Source: Desulfurococcales archaeon (GTDB lineage Archaea; Thermoproteota; Thermoprotei_A; Sulfolobales; Desulfurococcaceae). From it: a DNA stretch of 64,000 nt. The notes beneath the pieces are model-generated. The model saw only the letters and a list, made by a program, of their open reading frames with translations, ran no database searches and was not told where the DNA came from. The position numbers and the translations under genes were made by a program. The stretch lies in NCBI GenBank assembly GCA_027022365.1, contig JALVYU010000026.1:352001-416000 (forward strand). The letters run 5' to 3'. Shown here in pieces: positions 29,092-39,811 of this stretch. Numbering within the stretch: position 1 is the stretch's first letter; every line of letters begins with the position of its first letter.

Positions 29092-30378
29092 TTGAATACT
29101 TTGCAGATACCGCGGAGAGCATTGTTTTTTCTAGTTTTATCATTTATCTTACTATTTATGATCTCGGCGATGAGGATTACTGCGGGAATGTTACTTGATA
29201 GCCCTTTATTAAATATTGAGGGGTTTCACGCACTTATAGATACTGTGATCTCGTTCTTTATTGTTTTCACAATATTTATTGTAAGGTCATCCATTTCTCA
29301 GAGGTTTCCCTACGGACTATATAAGCTAGAAGACCTAGTAGCCATCCTATTGAGTATGATCATCTTATTTACGCTTTTCACAAGCATTGATGAAATATTT
29401 TATAAGCCATCAACACCTAATCTCACTGTACTTCTAGTCCAAGCATCAACAATACCTTTACTAGTTTTGTCTGTCTTATCCAAATACAAATCTGCCTATA
29501 TCCTGCACTCTCCATCCCTGAAGGCAGATGCCGCACACATGTTCGTTGATGTAATTGAAACATCCTCCGTTACATTTGGGCTACTGTTGTTCATGATCAC
29601 GCGTTACGGGTTCATCTACACATTATCATTAATTATTGCTCTTATAGGTCTATTACTGGCCGCATACGAGGCAGCGCATGACTCTATCCTAGCAATCCTA
29701 GATCTGCCGAAAGATAAGAAGTTTTTAGAAGAATTAAAAAATTATATACGAGAACTGATCAGGGGTAAAGCAGAGCTGATTGATCTGAAGGCAAGATGGG
29801 CAGGTCCTATTGTTTTTGTCGAGATGCTCCTACGTTCACACCCCCTAAATACGCTTGAATCCATTGGGCGTTTGACTAGATGTATAGAAGAAAATATTCG
29901 TAAGAGATTTGAGGATGTAAAATACATTATTGTAACAGTCAAGCCAACTATTAGGAGTCGTCTAAAAGTTGCGGTACCAGTAGAAGATGCAGGCCCAAAC
30001 CCATCGTTATCTGACCATTTTGGCAAGGCACACTATTTCCTCATAGTTGAAGTAAATAATGAGCAGATAATCAGCAAACAAATTATTAGCAAGAACACAA
30101 TACTCGGCCACCCACCAGGGAAAGCAACTAAAGTTAATGTTCCACAGAGTCTCTTGAGAGGAGCCGAAATCGCCGAGAATCTTCATAATATGGGTGTAAC
30201 CGATGTAATTGTGAAGAATATTGGTGAAATAGCATATTCCCTCTTATTGCGCCATAAGATAGTTGTTTGGAAAGGTCGTGACGGTAATGCCATAGATAAT
30301 ATAAAGTATCTTATTAGAGGCTATCTAGAAGTCCTAGATCAACCAACACATGAGGCTAGCTGGAAGAAGAACTTATAA
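29092..30378 (+). CDS. cation diffusion facilitator fused to NifB/NifX-like domain
   Basis: FHALID, FPYGLYKLE, LKADAAH; C-terminal SDHFGKAHYF, IGEIAY. Confidence 0.88.
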   Translation: MNTLQIPRRALFFLVLSFILLFMISAMRITAGMLLDSPLLNIEGFHALIDTVISFFIVFTIFIVRSSISQRFPYGLYKLEDLVAILLSMIILFTLFTSIDEIFYKPSTPNLTVLLVQASTIPLLVLSVLSKYKSAYILHSPSLKADAAHMFVDVIETSSVTFGLLLFMITRYGFIYTLSLIIALIGLLLAAYEAAHDSILAILDLPKDKKFLEELKNYIRELIRGKAELIDLKARWAGPIVFVEMLLRSHPLNTLESIGRLTRCIEENIRKRFEDVKYIIVTVKPTIRSRLKVAVPVEDAGPNPSLSDHFGKAHYFLIVEVNNEQIISKQIISKNTILGHPPGKATKVNVPQSLLRGAEIAENLHNMGVTDVIVKNIGEIAYSLLLRHKIVVWKGRDGNAIDNIKYLIRGYLEVLDQPTHEASWKKNL

Positions 30379-30379
30379 T

Positions 30380-31684
30380 TTAATCAATCCAGTCGCCCGT
30401 CTCGATCTTTGTTGGTATATATGTGTCAGCTAGGAATTTTAGTCCCTTACTAGCCATGGCTTCAATCTCCAGCTTGGCCAGTTTTGAGAAGAATATACTG
30501 ATTTCTTTGATCCACTCGGGCGTTCTAAACCATGGATAGCCTGATACTCCGAGTTTCTTCTGACGGATATACTTCTTGATCTCTGGATTGCTTATGAGTT
30601 TATCTGCTACATCGTAGCCTACCAACTCAACTGCTCTCTCAACGTCTTTTTTCTTGGCCTTGATGATATAGTTTCTTCTTTCCTTTTCTGAGAGATACGC
30701 TTTCTTCCTAGGCTTTGATATAGCATCCTTGATTTCTTTTCCAAAAATCGATGTAAGTTTGTTTATGTTCTTGGCGGCTTCTTCTTCGCCGAAGATATCA
30801 GTCATTGATACACCTATAAATTTCGCATCGGGAGTAGCTAGTCTCTCGCTCTCATATGATAATGTTATCGAGCCTATTTTGAACACACTATATATATACC
30901 ATCCATAAGGATCCGCGTCTGTAAGTATGTATATTGGTAGTTTCAATTCCTCGCTTAGCCTTCTAACAAATCTACGTGTTGCTCTGTCAGGCTGACCAGC
31001 ACTCGTTATAAGTATCGCCTTATACTTTTTCCAAAAACCATATCTGTGCAACTGTTGGAATACGGCATCCTTCTCGACGACGAGAACAAATTCGGCGTCA
31101 ATATCCTTGAATTCTATTAGGTCCGGTGTAGGCTCTATAGCATAGGCGCCATGCCCCATCTTGCTTAGATCAATAACATCATCGCCGCTCTTAATGATTA
31201 AATTACCTACAACCTTTCCTTTTTCCTTGCTCAAGATCAGCATCTCCTCTCTTAGTACGCCAAGAAATACCTCGATATCCCTTATCACAGCATCTGATTC
31301 TCTCTGTTCATCCCAAGTGTTCTCATGATGCATTTTACCCGATATGTCGCGATAGCTTATCGTGTGTTTTCCTCTGTAATAGAGATCACGTATGGTCGGG
31401 TATTCGTCGTTAACAAGAGCCTCATAAATTATTGACGCCATTAACAGTGTCTGCATGAATTTCCTTGCTTCATTGACGTCGAGGAGACTACGTCTTTTCA
31501 TCTCTGGGCCTAGAAGGAGAAGCTTCTTCTTCATATCATATATTGTGTTACTTAGAACCCTCTTAGGCATTATCAATACAGGTTTTTTACCCTCAAGTAT
31601 TCTTTTAGCTATTGATGCAAACTTTTTCCTTAATATCTCAAGGCTCCTCTGTCTCGCGTACTTGTCAACCGATGATATTGCCAT
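30380..31684 (-). CDS. top6A: DNA topoisomerase VI subunit A
   Basis: TIRDLYY, VEKDAVF, GQPDRATR, TDADPYG. Confidence 0.96.
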   Translation of the reverse strand: MAISSVDKYARQRSLEILRKKFASIAKRILEGKKPVLIMPKRVLSNTIYDMKKKLLLLGPEMKRRSLLDVNEARKFMQTLLMASIIYEALVNDEYPTIRDLYYRGKHTISYRDISGKMHHENTWDEQRESDAVIRDIEVFLGVLREEMLILSKEKGKVVGNLIIKSGDDVIDLSKMGHGAYAIEPTPDLIEFKDIDAEFVLVVEKDAVFQQLHRYGFWKKYKAILITSAGQPDRATRRFVRRLSEELKLPIYILTDADPYGWYIYSVFKIGSITLSYESERLATPDAKFIGVSMTDIFGEEEAAKNINKLTSIFGKEIKDAISKPRKKAYLSEKERRNYIIKAKKKDVERAVELVGYDVADKLISNPEIKKYIRQKKLGVSGYPWFRTPEWIKEISIFFSKLAKLEIEAMASKGLKFLADTYIPTKIETGDWID

Positions 31685-31697
31685 CTCAGCTCACCCG

Positions 31698-33302
31698 TTA
31701 TACACCTATTTCAACACTCCTAACAACCTTGTACACTTCATCTTTAGGAAGACCTGTTCGAAGTGATACTATTTCAACTAATTTTTCTTCAAGAAGCTTT
31801 GCTTTCCCACCCTGTCCGTCACCAAGGATTATGGTGAGAGCCCTCACTATTTCTGGAACATATTTTGCTAGGCTTACAACTCTCTTTTTCTTCTCCTCCT
31901 CCTTAATCTTCTTGGACAAGTATACCCTTAGTCTTCGTGCAACTTCTTGTATTGCAAGCTTTATCTCGTTCCTGATCTCCTTGACATCCGCAATACTTTC
32001 TTTGCCGACACCCTTGAATGGGACTTTTGTGCTGCATATATGAACCAGAACGATTATGGGGGCAGGTAATTTAACGAGGTATTGATCCCATGATATGTCT
32101 TCCTTAACGACCGCTGTGCTTACATCACTTCCCTCATCGTAGAGCAACGGTATTTTGTTAGCGTATCTAAGGAGAGTTGGATACTTATCATTACTCAGAG
32201 GGACCTTGCCGCCAAAAGCTATTCCTACCTCAACTATGAATGGGTGGCCCTGGTAAGCAGACGGCTTCCTCGTAACCGCTTCGACAAATTCAGGTTCATA
32301 GATTCTCTTGAGCCCCGCTTTTATGACTTCTTCGCCTAGCGGGGACAATGCCTCTGATGTAGGAGCTCTAAATCTCTTATAGTTTTTCATAGCATTTACT
32401 AGTTCAAGTAGTTGTCTGTCATTGAGGGATTTAGGGCTTAGATCAGGGCTTATACCAGCTATTTCGAGAAGTGATAATGCTGTGACACTGCCTATTCCTT
32501 GAAAGCTCTTCATGAGCATTTCCTTGACTGTGGAGAACGAACCACTATCCCTTATTCTCTTCATGAGCTCGAGATCAACGCCATATGGATGGGGTTTAAC
32601 CTCTTTCGGCGGTCGAGGAAGCTTATCAATTACGCGCTCATAATAGTATATCTCACCATCAGGGGTCATGAAAACAATATTTGCATAGGGCGTTACAACG
32701 GCTGTTCGCAGTATGTAGTCTTTTATTCTCTGTTTGGCTCTGCTCCAATCACCTTCAAGCGTCATCGAAACTATTGTGCCGTGCCAATCCCTGTTTTTAC
32801 GCCAACTACCGCGCTCAATGATTATAGGCTCGTTCTTATTGATATCTATCCTTAGCTTGAAGTAATAGATTCTCCTAAGATTAGGCTGACTAGTTATTAC
32901 CTCGACAGGCCTACCCGTCGTCATCTGCCCATAAAGAATGGCTACCTTCGCACCTAAACCAAACATCCCACGTGTTTGTCTCAGAATGTATTTTGAGCTG
33001 AAAAGTACTCTACCAAATGCCTCGGGTACTACGTGTGGGGGAAGCCCTATACCGTTATCCTCAACCGTTACTCTATAGAATTCCCTATTCTCATCAGCTT
33101 TTTCGATAATGATCTTAATATTAGGTAGTATTCCATGGGAATCCGTTGCATCAAGAGCATTTTCCACAAACTCCCTTACAGCCTGATATAGTGCCCTAGC
33201 AGGATTAGAGAAGCCTGCTATCTCTCTATACTTGTAGAAGAACTCTGCAGGGCTGATAGCCCTGTAGCGTTCTGCCGGCGCGACAGCACTCATTACCCCC
33301 AA
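31698..33302 (-). CDS. top6B: DNA topoisomerase VI subunit B
   Basis: EFVENALDA, EDNGIG, RGMFGLG GHKL motifs, RYANKIPLL. Confidence 0.97.
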   Translation of the reverse strand: MGVMSAVAPAERYRAISPAEFFYKYREIAGFSNPARALYQAVREFVENALDATDSHGILPNIKIIIEKADENREFYRVTVEDNGIGLPPHVVPEAFGRVLFSSKYILRQTRGMFGLGAKVAILYGQMTTGRPVEVITSQPNLRRIYYFKLRIDINKNEPIIIERGSWRKNRDWHGTIVSMTLEGDWSRAKQRIKDYILRTAVVTPYANIVFMTPDGEIYYYERVIDKLPRPPKEVKPHPYGVDLELMKRIRDSGSFSTVKEMLMKSFQGIGSVTALSLLEIAGISPDLSPKSLNDRQLLELVNAMKNYKRFRAPTSEALSPLGEEVIKAGLKRIYEPEFVEAVTRKPSAYQGHPFIVEVGIAFGGKVPLSNDKYPTLLRYANKIPLLYDEGSDVSTAVVKEDISWDQYLVKLPAPIIVLVHICSTKVPFKGVGKESIADVKEIRNEIKLAIQEVARRLRVYLSKKIKEEEKKKRVVSLAKYVPEIVRALTIILGDGQGGKAKLLEEKLVEIVSLRTGLPKDEVYKVVRSVEIGV

Positions 33303-33359
33303 CCCCTTTTACCCTAAAAAATATCCCCTTATAATTACTTTTAAGATACTGGTTCTATC

Positions 33360-33373
33360 AACAAATAGTTTCG
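33360..33373 (+). promoter_or_regulatory. putative DNA-damage-responsive element AACAAATAGTTTCG
   Basis: Identical 14-mer upstream of the TFB3-like gene; contains ANTTTC; TATA-like TATTTAA about 23 nt downstream. Confidence 0.6.
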
Positions 33374-33456
33374 ATTGCCCCAGGCTCTTCCATCAGTATT
33401 TAACCATATAGCCCATTTTCTTACCATAAACACTTCTCTTCTATAACGGTGGGAAC

Positions 33457-33879
33457 ATGAAGGCTATATCCCCGCTCGTCGCAACAGCCATACTTCTCAT
33501 AATAACGATAGCCGGCGGGGTACTCCTATACAACTACATGATGAACACCCTATCAGCACCCCAAGAGTACGCCAATATCGCTGTAACCTCGGCCAAGATA
33601 TACCAAGTCAACACCACGACCGCGGTGCTAAACATACAAGTAGTCAACATGGGGACACGCACGGCAACAATAAATAGTATAACAATAATCCCGGGGAACT
33701 ACACATTCAGCCTCAGCAATACATTAGTAAAACCCGGTACATCGAAGAACATAAACATAGTCATCGATAACGCAACGGTTGTATCATCGCTTCTTACAGG
33801 CAACCACCTCGTCATAGTGAATTATAATAATGGAGTACAGACTAAGCCGGTCCAGATCGAAGAGGCGAGTACAACTTAA
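33457..33879 (+). CDS. archaeal type IV pilin (class III signal peptide)
   Basis: MKA|ISPLVATAILLIITIAGG, then Asn/Thr-rich beta domain with NxT/S sequons. Confidence 0.9.
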   Translation: MKAISPLVATAILLIITIAGGVLLYNYMMNTLSAPQEYANIAVTSAKIYQVNTTTAVLNIQVVNMGTRTATINSITIIPGNYTFSLSNTLVKPGTSKNINIVIDNATVVSSLLTGNHLVIVNYNNGVQTKPVQIEEASTT

Positions 33880-33911
33880 TAAGCAAGATTAATACGGGGT
33901 GTCTTAATCCA

Positions 33912-35447
33912 GTGAGATTTTTTAAATCAATAAACTCAATAAGACTCAATAGGATCTTTAAATCCTCGTTCTCCTCATTCGACATAGACAACGCTGTAGA
34001 GCTTATCAAACTAGTAGTGGAAGACACTAGACTAGCAGAAAAACACAGCCTTAACACAATAGAAGAATACACAATTGACGATATAATTACAGTTCGCATA
34101 ATAAAGAATAGGAACAAACTGGAATACGTGATAACCGAGCCCGCCCTAGAAGAAGATGTTATAGAAGCTATAGCTAGACTCTACTTAGAAAACCCACGTT
34201 GTAAAGATATAGCTTGTATTGAAGACACTATAAGAAGTCTTTCGGATCAATACATCGAGCGGATCTATACGGAAAAACCCCTCGAAGTTATCTATAATTA
34301 TTTCAAACTATCAAGCGGTTATGGCCCGCTATACCCGCTAACCCGTGACCCCCACATAGAGGAGATAGCGGCGAGTAGCGAAGACAGATACGTAAGCATA
34401 ATTCATAGGAAGTACAGCTGGTACGGCTGGATGTCCACAAACATAACAATAACGCAAAAACTCATGGATAGACTCGTTCTAAGCCTAGCAAGGATCATCG
34501 GACGTCACCTAAGCATAGCACAACCAATAGCCGAGGGATTAACGCCCGAAGGCCTTAGACTAGCACTCACATTTGGCCACGAAGTCTCACGTAAAGGCAG
34601 TAGCTTCGTCATTAGGAAAAAACCATCACAACCAATAACTATAACCAAGCTAATCGATCAAGAAGTCATATTAGCTGAGCTAGCAGCATATGCTTGGCTT
34701 GTACTGGAGCTCAAGGGTTCAATACTAATAGTAGGCGGTATGAGCACTGGTAAAACCACGTTACTCCAAGCATTACTAACACTCATTCCACCAACAAGGA
34801 GAGTTGTGACAATAGAGGATACTCCAGAAATAACCGGGACAACGGGTCTATGGGATCCACTCGTTGAAAGAGTAAGCACCATCGGAGACAAACTCAGTAT
34901 CAACATGTATGATCTACTAAAATTCAGCCTTAGACGGAGGGCAGACTACATAGTTGTAGGAGAAGTACGAGGGAGAGAGGCAAGACTCTTAGTGCAGGCA
35001 TCACGTTTAGGGCACGGCGTTCTCGCGACAATGCACGCAGACACGGCACAGTCAGTTATAGAAAGACTGACCGCACCACCCATATCTATACCAAAGAATC
35101 TACTGAGAAGTATTTGGTCCATATTCGTTATGGATGCAACCAACGGCCGTAGACATGTTAGAGAGATCTTTGAAATAGATCATAGGACCAGAGCACATAG
35201 AATCGCGGGGTTAAATGAAGATATCGAGCCATGTGTGAAGACAATAGCGGAAAACACTATACGGTTAAAAGAAATTCTGGATGAAGATACTATAATATCA
35301 GAGCTCGCGTCGAGGACAGCTTTCCTACAAATGCTTGTTAACAAAGGGGTTTTCGACATCTATTCCTTAGGCGAAAAACTCATTGAATACTATAGCTTGG
35401 AGGAGGAAGAATATGAAGGCCCGGGCATTTTTGAGGAAAATAATTAA
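33912..35447 (+). CDS. type IV pilus assembly ATPase (VirB11/TadA family)
   Basis: DPHIEEI, GGMSTGKT, TIEDTPE, LRRRADYIVVGEVRG, GHGVLATMHA. Confidence 0.92.
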   Translation: MRFFKSINSIRLNRIFKSSFSSFDIDNAVELIKLVVEDTRLAEKHSLNTIEEYTIDDIITVRIIKNRNKLEYVITEPALEEDVIEAIARLYLENPRCKDIACIEDTIRSLSDQYIERIYTEKPLEVIYNYFKLSSGYGPLYPLTRDPHIEEIAASSEDRYVSIIHRKYSWYGWMSTNITITQKLMDRLVLSLARIIGRHLSIAQPIAEGLTPEGLRLALTFGHEVSRKGSSFVIRKKPSQPITITKLIDQEVILAELAAYAWLVLELKGSILIVGGMSTGKTTLLQALLTLIPPTRRVVTIEDTPEITGTTGLWDPLVERVSTIGDKLSINMYDLLKFSLRRRADYIVVGEVRGREARLLVQASRLGHGVLATMHADTAQSVIERLTAPPISIPKNLLRSIWSIFVMDATNGRRHVREIFEIDHRTRAHRIAGLNEDIEPCVKTIAENTIRLKEILDEDTIISELASRTAFLQMLVNKGVFDIYSLGEKLIEYYSLEEEEYEGPGIFEENN

Positions 35448-36927
35448 TCCAAAAGTACTCGTATCGATTATCATATTTTCACTTTTATTAGATATCCTAG
35501 CACTTACAACCCACTGCTACTACTTATTGCTCAGCGTATCAATACCTATAACTCCGCCTCTCATTATTATAGCCAAAAGACTATCATTCAAGAAAAAGCT
35601 TGAAGAAGAATTCCCCGATTTCCTTGCCCTAAACCTTACGATGGAAGCAAACGGGTTAAGACTAGATAATGTATTCGATGAAGCTCTGAAGCATAAATTG
35701 AAATTACCACCCGCTTACGAGATCATAGCAAGAATATACAGTCTTATCAAGACGTTAAATCCAGACCCATATACAGGGCTTAGATATCTAGCCAAACTAG
35801 TGCCTAGTGAGAGAATATCTAGGTTCTTCAGAGGCTACACAGAGATACTCGTGACTACGAATGATACTCTAACATATGTTGAATCGAAACTTGATGAAGA
35901 ACTGGCTAGTCTGGAGCAACGAATAAGCCATAGTCTATCAGGCCTCGACACGCTCTATGAGGGATTATTAATTATCTTAATGTCGATAATAACGTTCATG
36001 CTTATACCCGTAGCTTATGTCCCAAAAGAACTTATAGCATTCATTGTTTCAATTACAGGTATCTCGGCATATATGCTCTCTTCTTCACTTACATCTCGGA
36101 CTTACAGATACGAGACTCAAGTGTCCCAATTAATCTCACTAATACTATTAACAATAACACCATTCATAATGCTCAATATAGGGCTTAGGGGGATGATCAT
36201 ATATACGTTCCTTATAATTTTCTTAACACTTATATTCAGGAAGATCGAAAAATCATCGGAAGATATAGAGAACAATGTTATTAGTCTCCTTGACGACCTT
36301 TACAGCGAGGCTAAACAAGGCATACCCATTGACCACGCCTTAATGAAGAAAGAGAACCTGATACATCCACTCAAGAAAATTCGGGATCTCCTAAGACTGG
36401 GCATCCCTATACCATCTATACTTGAGAAGCTAAGAATGCCGCCTTTCTCAAAGAAATTATTGGGTCTAGCTTTTTCCCCTCTAGAGTATAGTAGGTATCA
36501 TGAAAAACATTTAGGATATACTTTAAAGATCATGGATTATATTGTGAGGCTCCGACGCATACTTTCTGAAAGGGGAAAGATGTATTTCTTCTATGCATTA
36601 ACGCTACCCATCATAACTATTGTGATGATCAAAGGTATGACCACTATACAATCTAGTCTAAACAGTATGTTTGATCCCGAGCTAGCAGTGGGGCTTACAT
36701 ACTCGATATCATTAATAGCAGGGATAATCGCTTCAAAAATATCTAGTGGTAAGAGCCTGTATAGCGTTCTAACCCCTTTATTATTAGTAGTAACACTAGC
36801 CTCATTTTATCTAGCAAACATGATCATCCCTAACAACAGCGCTATAACGCCACATCCTTTACATCAGCCTTTGACAACACCTATAGGCCTCATCTTCACT
36901 ACCAGCCTAGCAATACCAACACGATGA
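35413..36927 (+). CDS. TadC/FlaJ-like pilus membrane platform protein
   Basis: Two cytoplasmic repeats separated by TM clusters, directly after the ATPase; SD AGGAGG before 35413. Confidence 0.75.
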   Translation: MKARAFLRKIINPKVLVSIIIFSLLLDILALTTHCYYLLLSVSIPITPPLIIIAKRLSFKKKLEEEFPDFLALNLTMEANGLRLDNVFDEALKHKLKLPPAYEIIARIYSLIKTLNPDPYTGLRYLAKLVPSERISRFFRGYTEILVTTNDTLTYVESKLDEELASLEQRISHSLSGLDTLYEGLLIILMSIITFMLIPVAYVPKELIAFIVSITGISAYMLSSSLTSRTYRYETQVSQLISLILLTITPFIMLNIGLRGMIIYTFLIIFLTLIFRKIEKSSEDIENNVISLLDDLYSEAKQGIPIDHALMKKENLIHPLKKIRDLLRLGIPIPSILEKLRMPPFSKKLLGLAFSPLEYSRYHEKHLGYTLKIMDYIVRLRRILSERGKMYFFYALTLPIITIVMIKGMTTIQSSLNSMFDPELAVGLTYSISLIAGIIASKISSGKSLYSVLTPLLLVVTLASFYLANMIIPNNSAITPHPLHQPLTTPIGLIFTTSLAIPTR

Positions 36928-38315
36928 GCAACCATGGCTACCCGGTCAACATCCTTATAGGCCCCAGGAGCTTCCTCGCTTATAACTCTCCTAGTAGCAG
37001 CTCTCAGTATTACACCCTTCCTAGCGAGCTCATCCACTACTCTTTCCGGCCTGTATGTTCTTATGGCTGCACCTCTGCTCATCCACCTGCCAGCACCATG
37101 TGGCGCGCTATGCCATGTCCTGGCACCCTTTGCTGTGCCGACGAGAATATAGCTAGCGGTACCCATTGAACCAGGTATTAGAACTGGTTGTCCAATACTC
37201 CTATATTTATCAGGTATTTCTGGGTGTCCCGGCGGGAATGCTCTTGTAGCGCCCTTCCTATGGACTACGACGTGGTATTCTTTACCTTCCACAACGTGTT
37301 TCTCGATCTTAGCGATGTTGTGAGCTACATCATAAATTAGCTTTAGACCAAGATCCTCGGGATCCTTATGGAATACTGCCTTGAAGCTCTCGCGAACCCA
37401 GTGCATGATCAGCTGCCGGTTGGTCCAAGCAAAGTTCGCTGCCGCTGCCATGGCTTTGAAGTAGTCCTGCGCCTCTGGGGACTTGAACGGTAGACTTGCA
37501 AGCTCCCTATCGGGGGGCCTGATACCGTATTTCCGCATAGCACGCTCCATTATGAGTAGATAATCGCTCGCAACCTGATGGCCTAGGCCACGGCTACCAG
37601 TATGTATCATTACTGTTACTTGTCCTTCATGCGTGATCCCCATGACCTTCGCCGTCTCCGGATCATATATTTTGTCTACAACCTGTACCTCGAGGAAATG
37701 ATTACCTGCACCAAGCGTTCCGAGCTGGTTGTGCCCCCTCTGTTTAGCCCTACGGCTAACCTTTGATGCATCCGCAGCTCTCCATGAACCGTGTTCCTCT
37801 ATGAATTCCATGTCTTCCTCCCATCCAAAGCCGTGCTCCACAGCCCATTCGACACCCCGGTTAAGCACTTCATCCAGCTCGGAGAAGCTCAGCCTTATCT
37901 TACCAGTGCTACCGACACCGCTTGGCACGTTTCGGAACAGTGTGTCAACCAGCTCCTTCAATCTCGGCCTTACATCTTTTTCATCAAGATCTGTCTTGAG
38001 AACCCTTACGCCACAGTTTATGTCGTAACCTACACCTCCAGGGCTGATAACACCCGTGTCTACGTCGAAGCCTGCAACCCCACCTATCGGGAACCCATAG
38101 CCCTGGTGGCCGTCCGGCATTACGTACATGGATATTTGTATCCCTGGCAGACACGCCACGTTCGCAGCCTGTACAAGCGTTAGATCACTACGCATTTTCT
38201 CAAGGAGATACTCATCCGCAAATATGATGGCTGGAACCCTCATACAGTGCTTAGTACCCTTCGGTATCATGTACTCATATTCGCCAATCTTTTCTAACCT
38301 CATATGATGACTCAT
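36864..38315 (-). CDS. rtcB: tRNA-splicing ligase RtcB
   Basis: MPDGHQGYGFPIG, GYDINCG, GNHFLE, HTGSRG, HRKGAT, HGAGR; no intein. Confidence 0.97.
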   Translation of the reverse strand: MSHHMRLEKIGEYEYMIPKGTKHCMRVPAIIFADEYLLEKMRSDLTLVQAANVACLPGIQISMYVMPDGHQGYGFPIGGVAGFDVDTGVISPGGVGYDINCGVRVLKTDLDEKDVRPRLKELVDTLFRNVPSGVGSTGKIRLSFSELDEVLNRGVEWAVEHGFGWEEDMEFIEEHGSWRAADASKVSRRAKQRGHNQLGTLGAGNHFLEVQVVDKIYDPETAKVMGITHEGQVTVMIHTGSRGLGHQVASDYLLIMERAMRKYGIRPPDRELASLPFKSPEAQDYFKAMAAAANFAWTNRQLIMHWVRESFKAVFHKDPEDLGLKLIYDVAHNIAKIEKHVVEGKEYHVVVHRKGATRAFPPGHPEIPDKYRSIGQPVLIPGSMGTASYILVGTAKGARTWHSAPHGAGRWMSRGAAIRTYRPERVVDELARKGVILRAATRRVISEEAPGAYKDVDRVAMVAHRVGIARLVVKMRPIGVVKG

Positions 38316-38432
38316 CAGATCTCACCCGACCATTTATTAATTATCTATTGATCCAAAACAGCCAATAATTGTCCTAGAATATCTATTAGTGGACAGGCTA
38401 ATATAGGTATAAAGTACTCTGTTAATATTTGA

Positions 38433-39749
38433 TTATATCCTTGCTAGTTTCTCCACGATCTCCCTGACTACTTCATCACTAGCTACACGTGTCTGATGCC
38501 CGGTTCTAAGATCCTTTACTGTTACTACTTTTTCCTCAAACTCTTTCTTACCGATGATCAATGCTAGATCATAGCCGGCTTTAGACGCTGTGCTCAATGC
38601 TTTCTTGATCTTGCTATGATGGTATAATGTTGATTCAGCCCCTATGTCTTCAACGATCCTCTTAATCTTGAACGCATAGCCTACTAGATTGTGATCCAAG
38701 ACTATTATCAACACTCTAGGACGATATGGTGGTTTAACTCCTTTAATCGACAATGCTATCCTGTCAAGACCCAGTGCCAGGCCCGTAGAATATTCAAATG
38801 GCCCGCCGTACACAGTTGTTAATCCATCATATCTTCCACCGCCGCCTATACTGAGCTCTAAACCTCCTATAGCCTTGTACTCGAATATGAGGCCAGAATA
38901 ATATGCGAGGCCCCTGACGAGGTTGGGATTATATACTGCCTTGTATCCCATATCGCCGAGTATTTCGATGAACCTGGTTGTTCTATCCAGTTCTTCTTCT
39001 AGTTTTTCAAGATAATTACTCAGTACATCATTGTACTCATCAATATACTGCCTTACATCATCGAGGCTAAGCTCTATCAGTTTCTTCATGGCATCCGCTG
39101 CGTCGCTATTAACGTTTCTTAGCTCCTCTATGGCCTTGTCATTCATTCTTTTATCGATTAGATGGAGCACGTGGTCCTGTGTCTCCACAGGGATCCCGAA
39201 TCCTGACATGATGGATCTGTGTAACGATACGTTGCTTACCTCGTAGAAGTGCTCGAGCCCAATCTTGTCTAGAAACGATGAAGCCGTTAGCGCTGCCTCT
39301 AGATCACCCTCAACACCCCTAACACCTATAACTTCGAGGCCTGCCTGCCAGAACTCCCTGTATCGGCCATGCTGTGGTTCCTCATACCTGAAGCACTGGG
39401 CGACATAGTATAGCTTTACGGGTTTGGGAAGGCCTCTAAGGAGGCGAAGATATATCCGTACAATACTTGCTGTTATCTCCGGCCTCAGTGATAATAACCT
39501 GCCGGCCTTGTCTTCGAAGACGTACATAGAACGCTTTATTTCTTCACCGCTCTTCTTTTCAAACAATTTGAAATACTCGAGCGTAGGCGGTATAACTGGT
39601 TTGAACCCGTTTATCCTAGCATAGTTTTTGAACTCGTTGAAAAGATATTCTAGGATCTCGGCGTCCTCGCCAACTAGGTCCCGCATGCCACGAGGCGGTA
39701 GGAGAGAGAAATCCCCCACCATAATAGTCACCATTCCCGCCGGTCTCAA
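38433..39749 (-). CDS. hisS: histidine--tRNA ligase
   Basis: PRGMRD, LRPEIT, FRYEEPQ.GRYREFWQ, RGLAYY, GGGRYD. Confidence 0.96.
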   Translation of the reverse strand: MRPAGMVTIMVGDFSLLPPRGMRDLVGEDAEILEYLFNEFKNYARINGFKPVIPPTLEYFKLFEKKSGEEIKRSMYVFEDKAGRLLSLRPEITASIVRIYLRLLRGLPKPVKLYYVAQCFRYEEPQHGRYREFWQAGLEVIGVRGVEGDLEAALTASSFLDKIGLEHFYEVSNVSLHRSIMSGFGIPVETQDHVLHLIDKRMNDKAIEELRNVNSDAADAMKKLIELSLDDVRQYIDEYNDVLSNYLEKLEEELDRTTRFIEILGDMGYKAVYNPNLVRGLAYYSGLIFEYKAIGGLELSIGGGGRYDGLTTVYGGPFEYSTGLALGLDRIALSIKGVKPPYRPRVLIIVLDHNLVGYAFKIKRIVEDIGAESTLYHHSKIKKALSTASKAGYDLALIIGKKEFEEKVVTVKDLRTGHQTRVASDEVVREIVEKLARI

Positions 39750-39811
39750 CGCTATAGGGTATGTATTTAGACAATGTCTTATCAGCCAGCCATATAACTG
39801 TTATCTTAACA

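Noticed and set aside
14604-38315. Inteins in rgy, radA, top6B or rtcB
   Set aside because: Lengths are normal and no splice-junction or LAGLIDADG motifs are present
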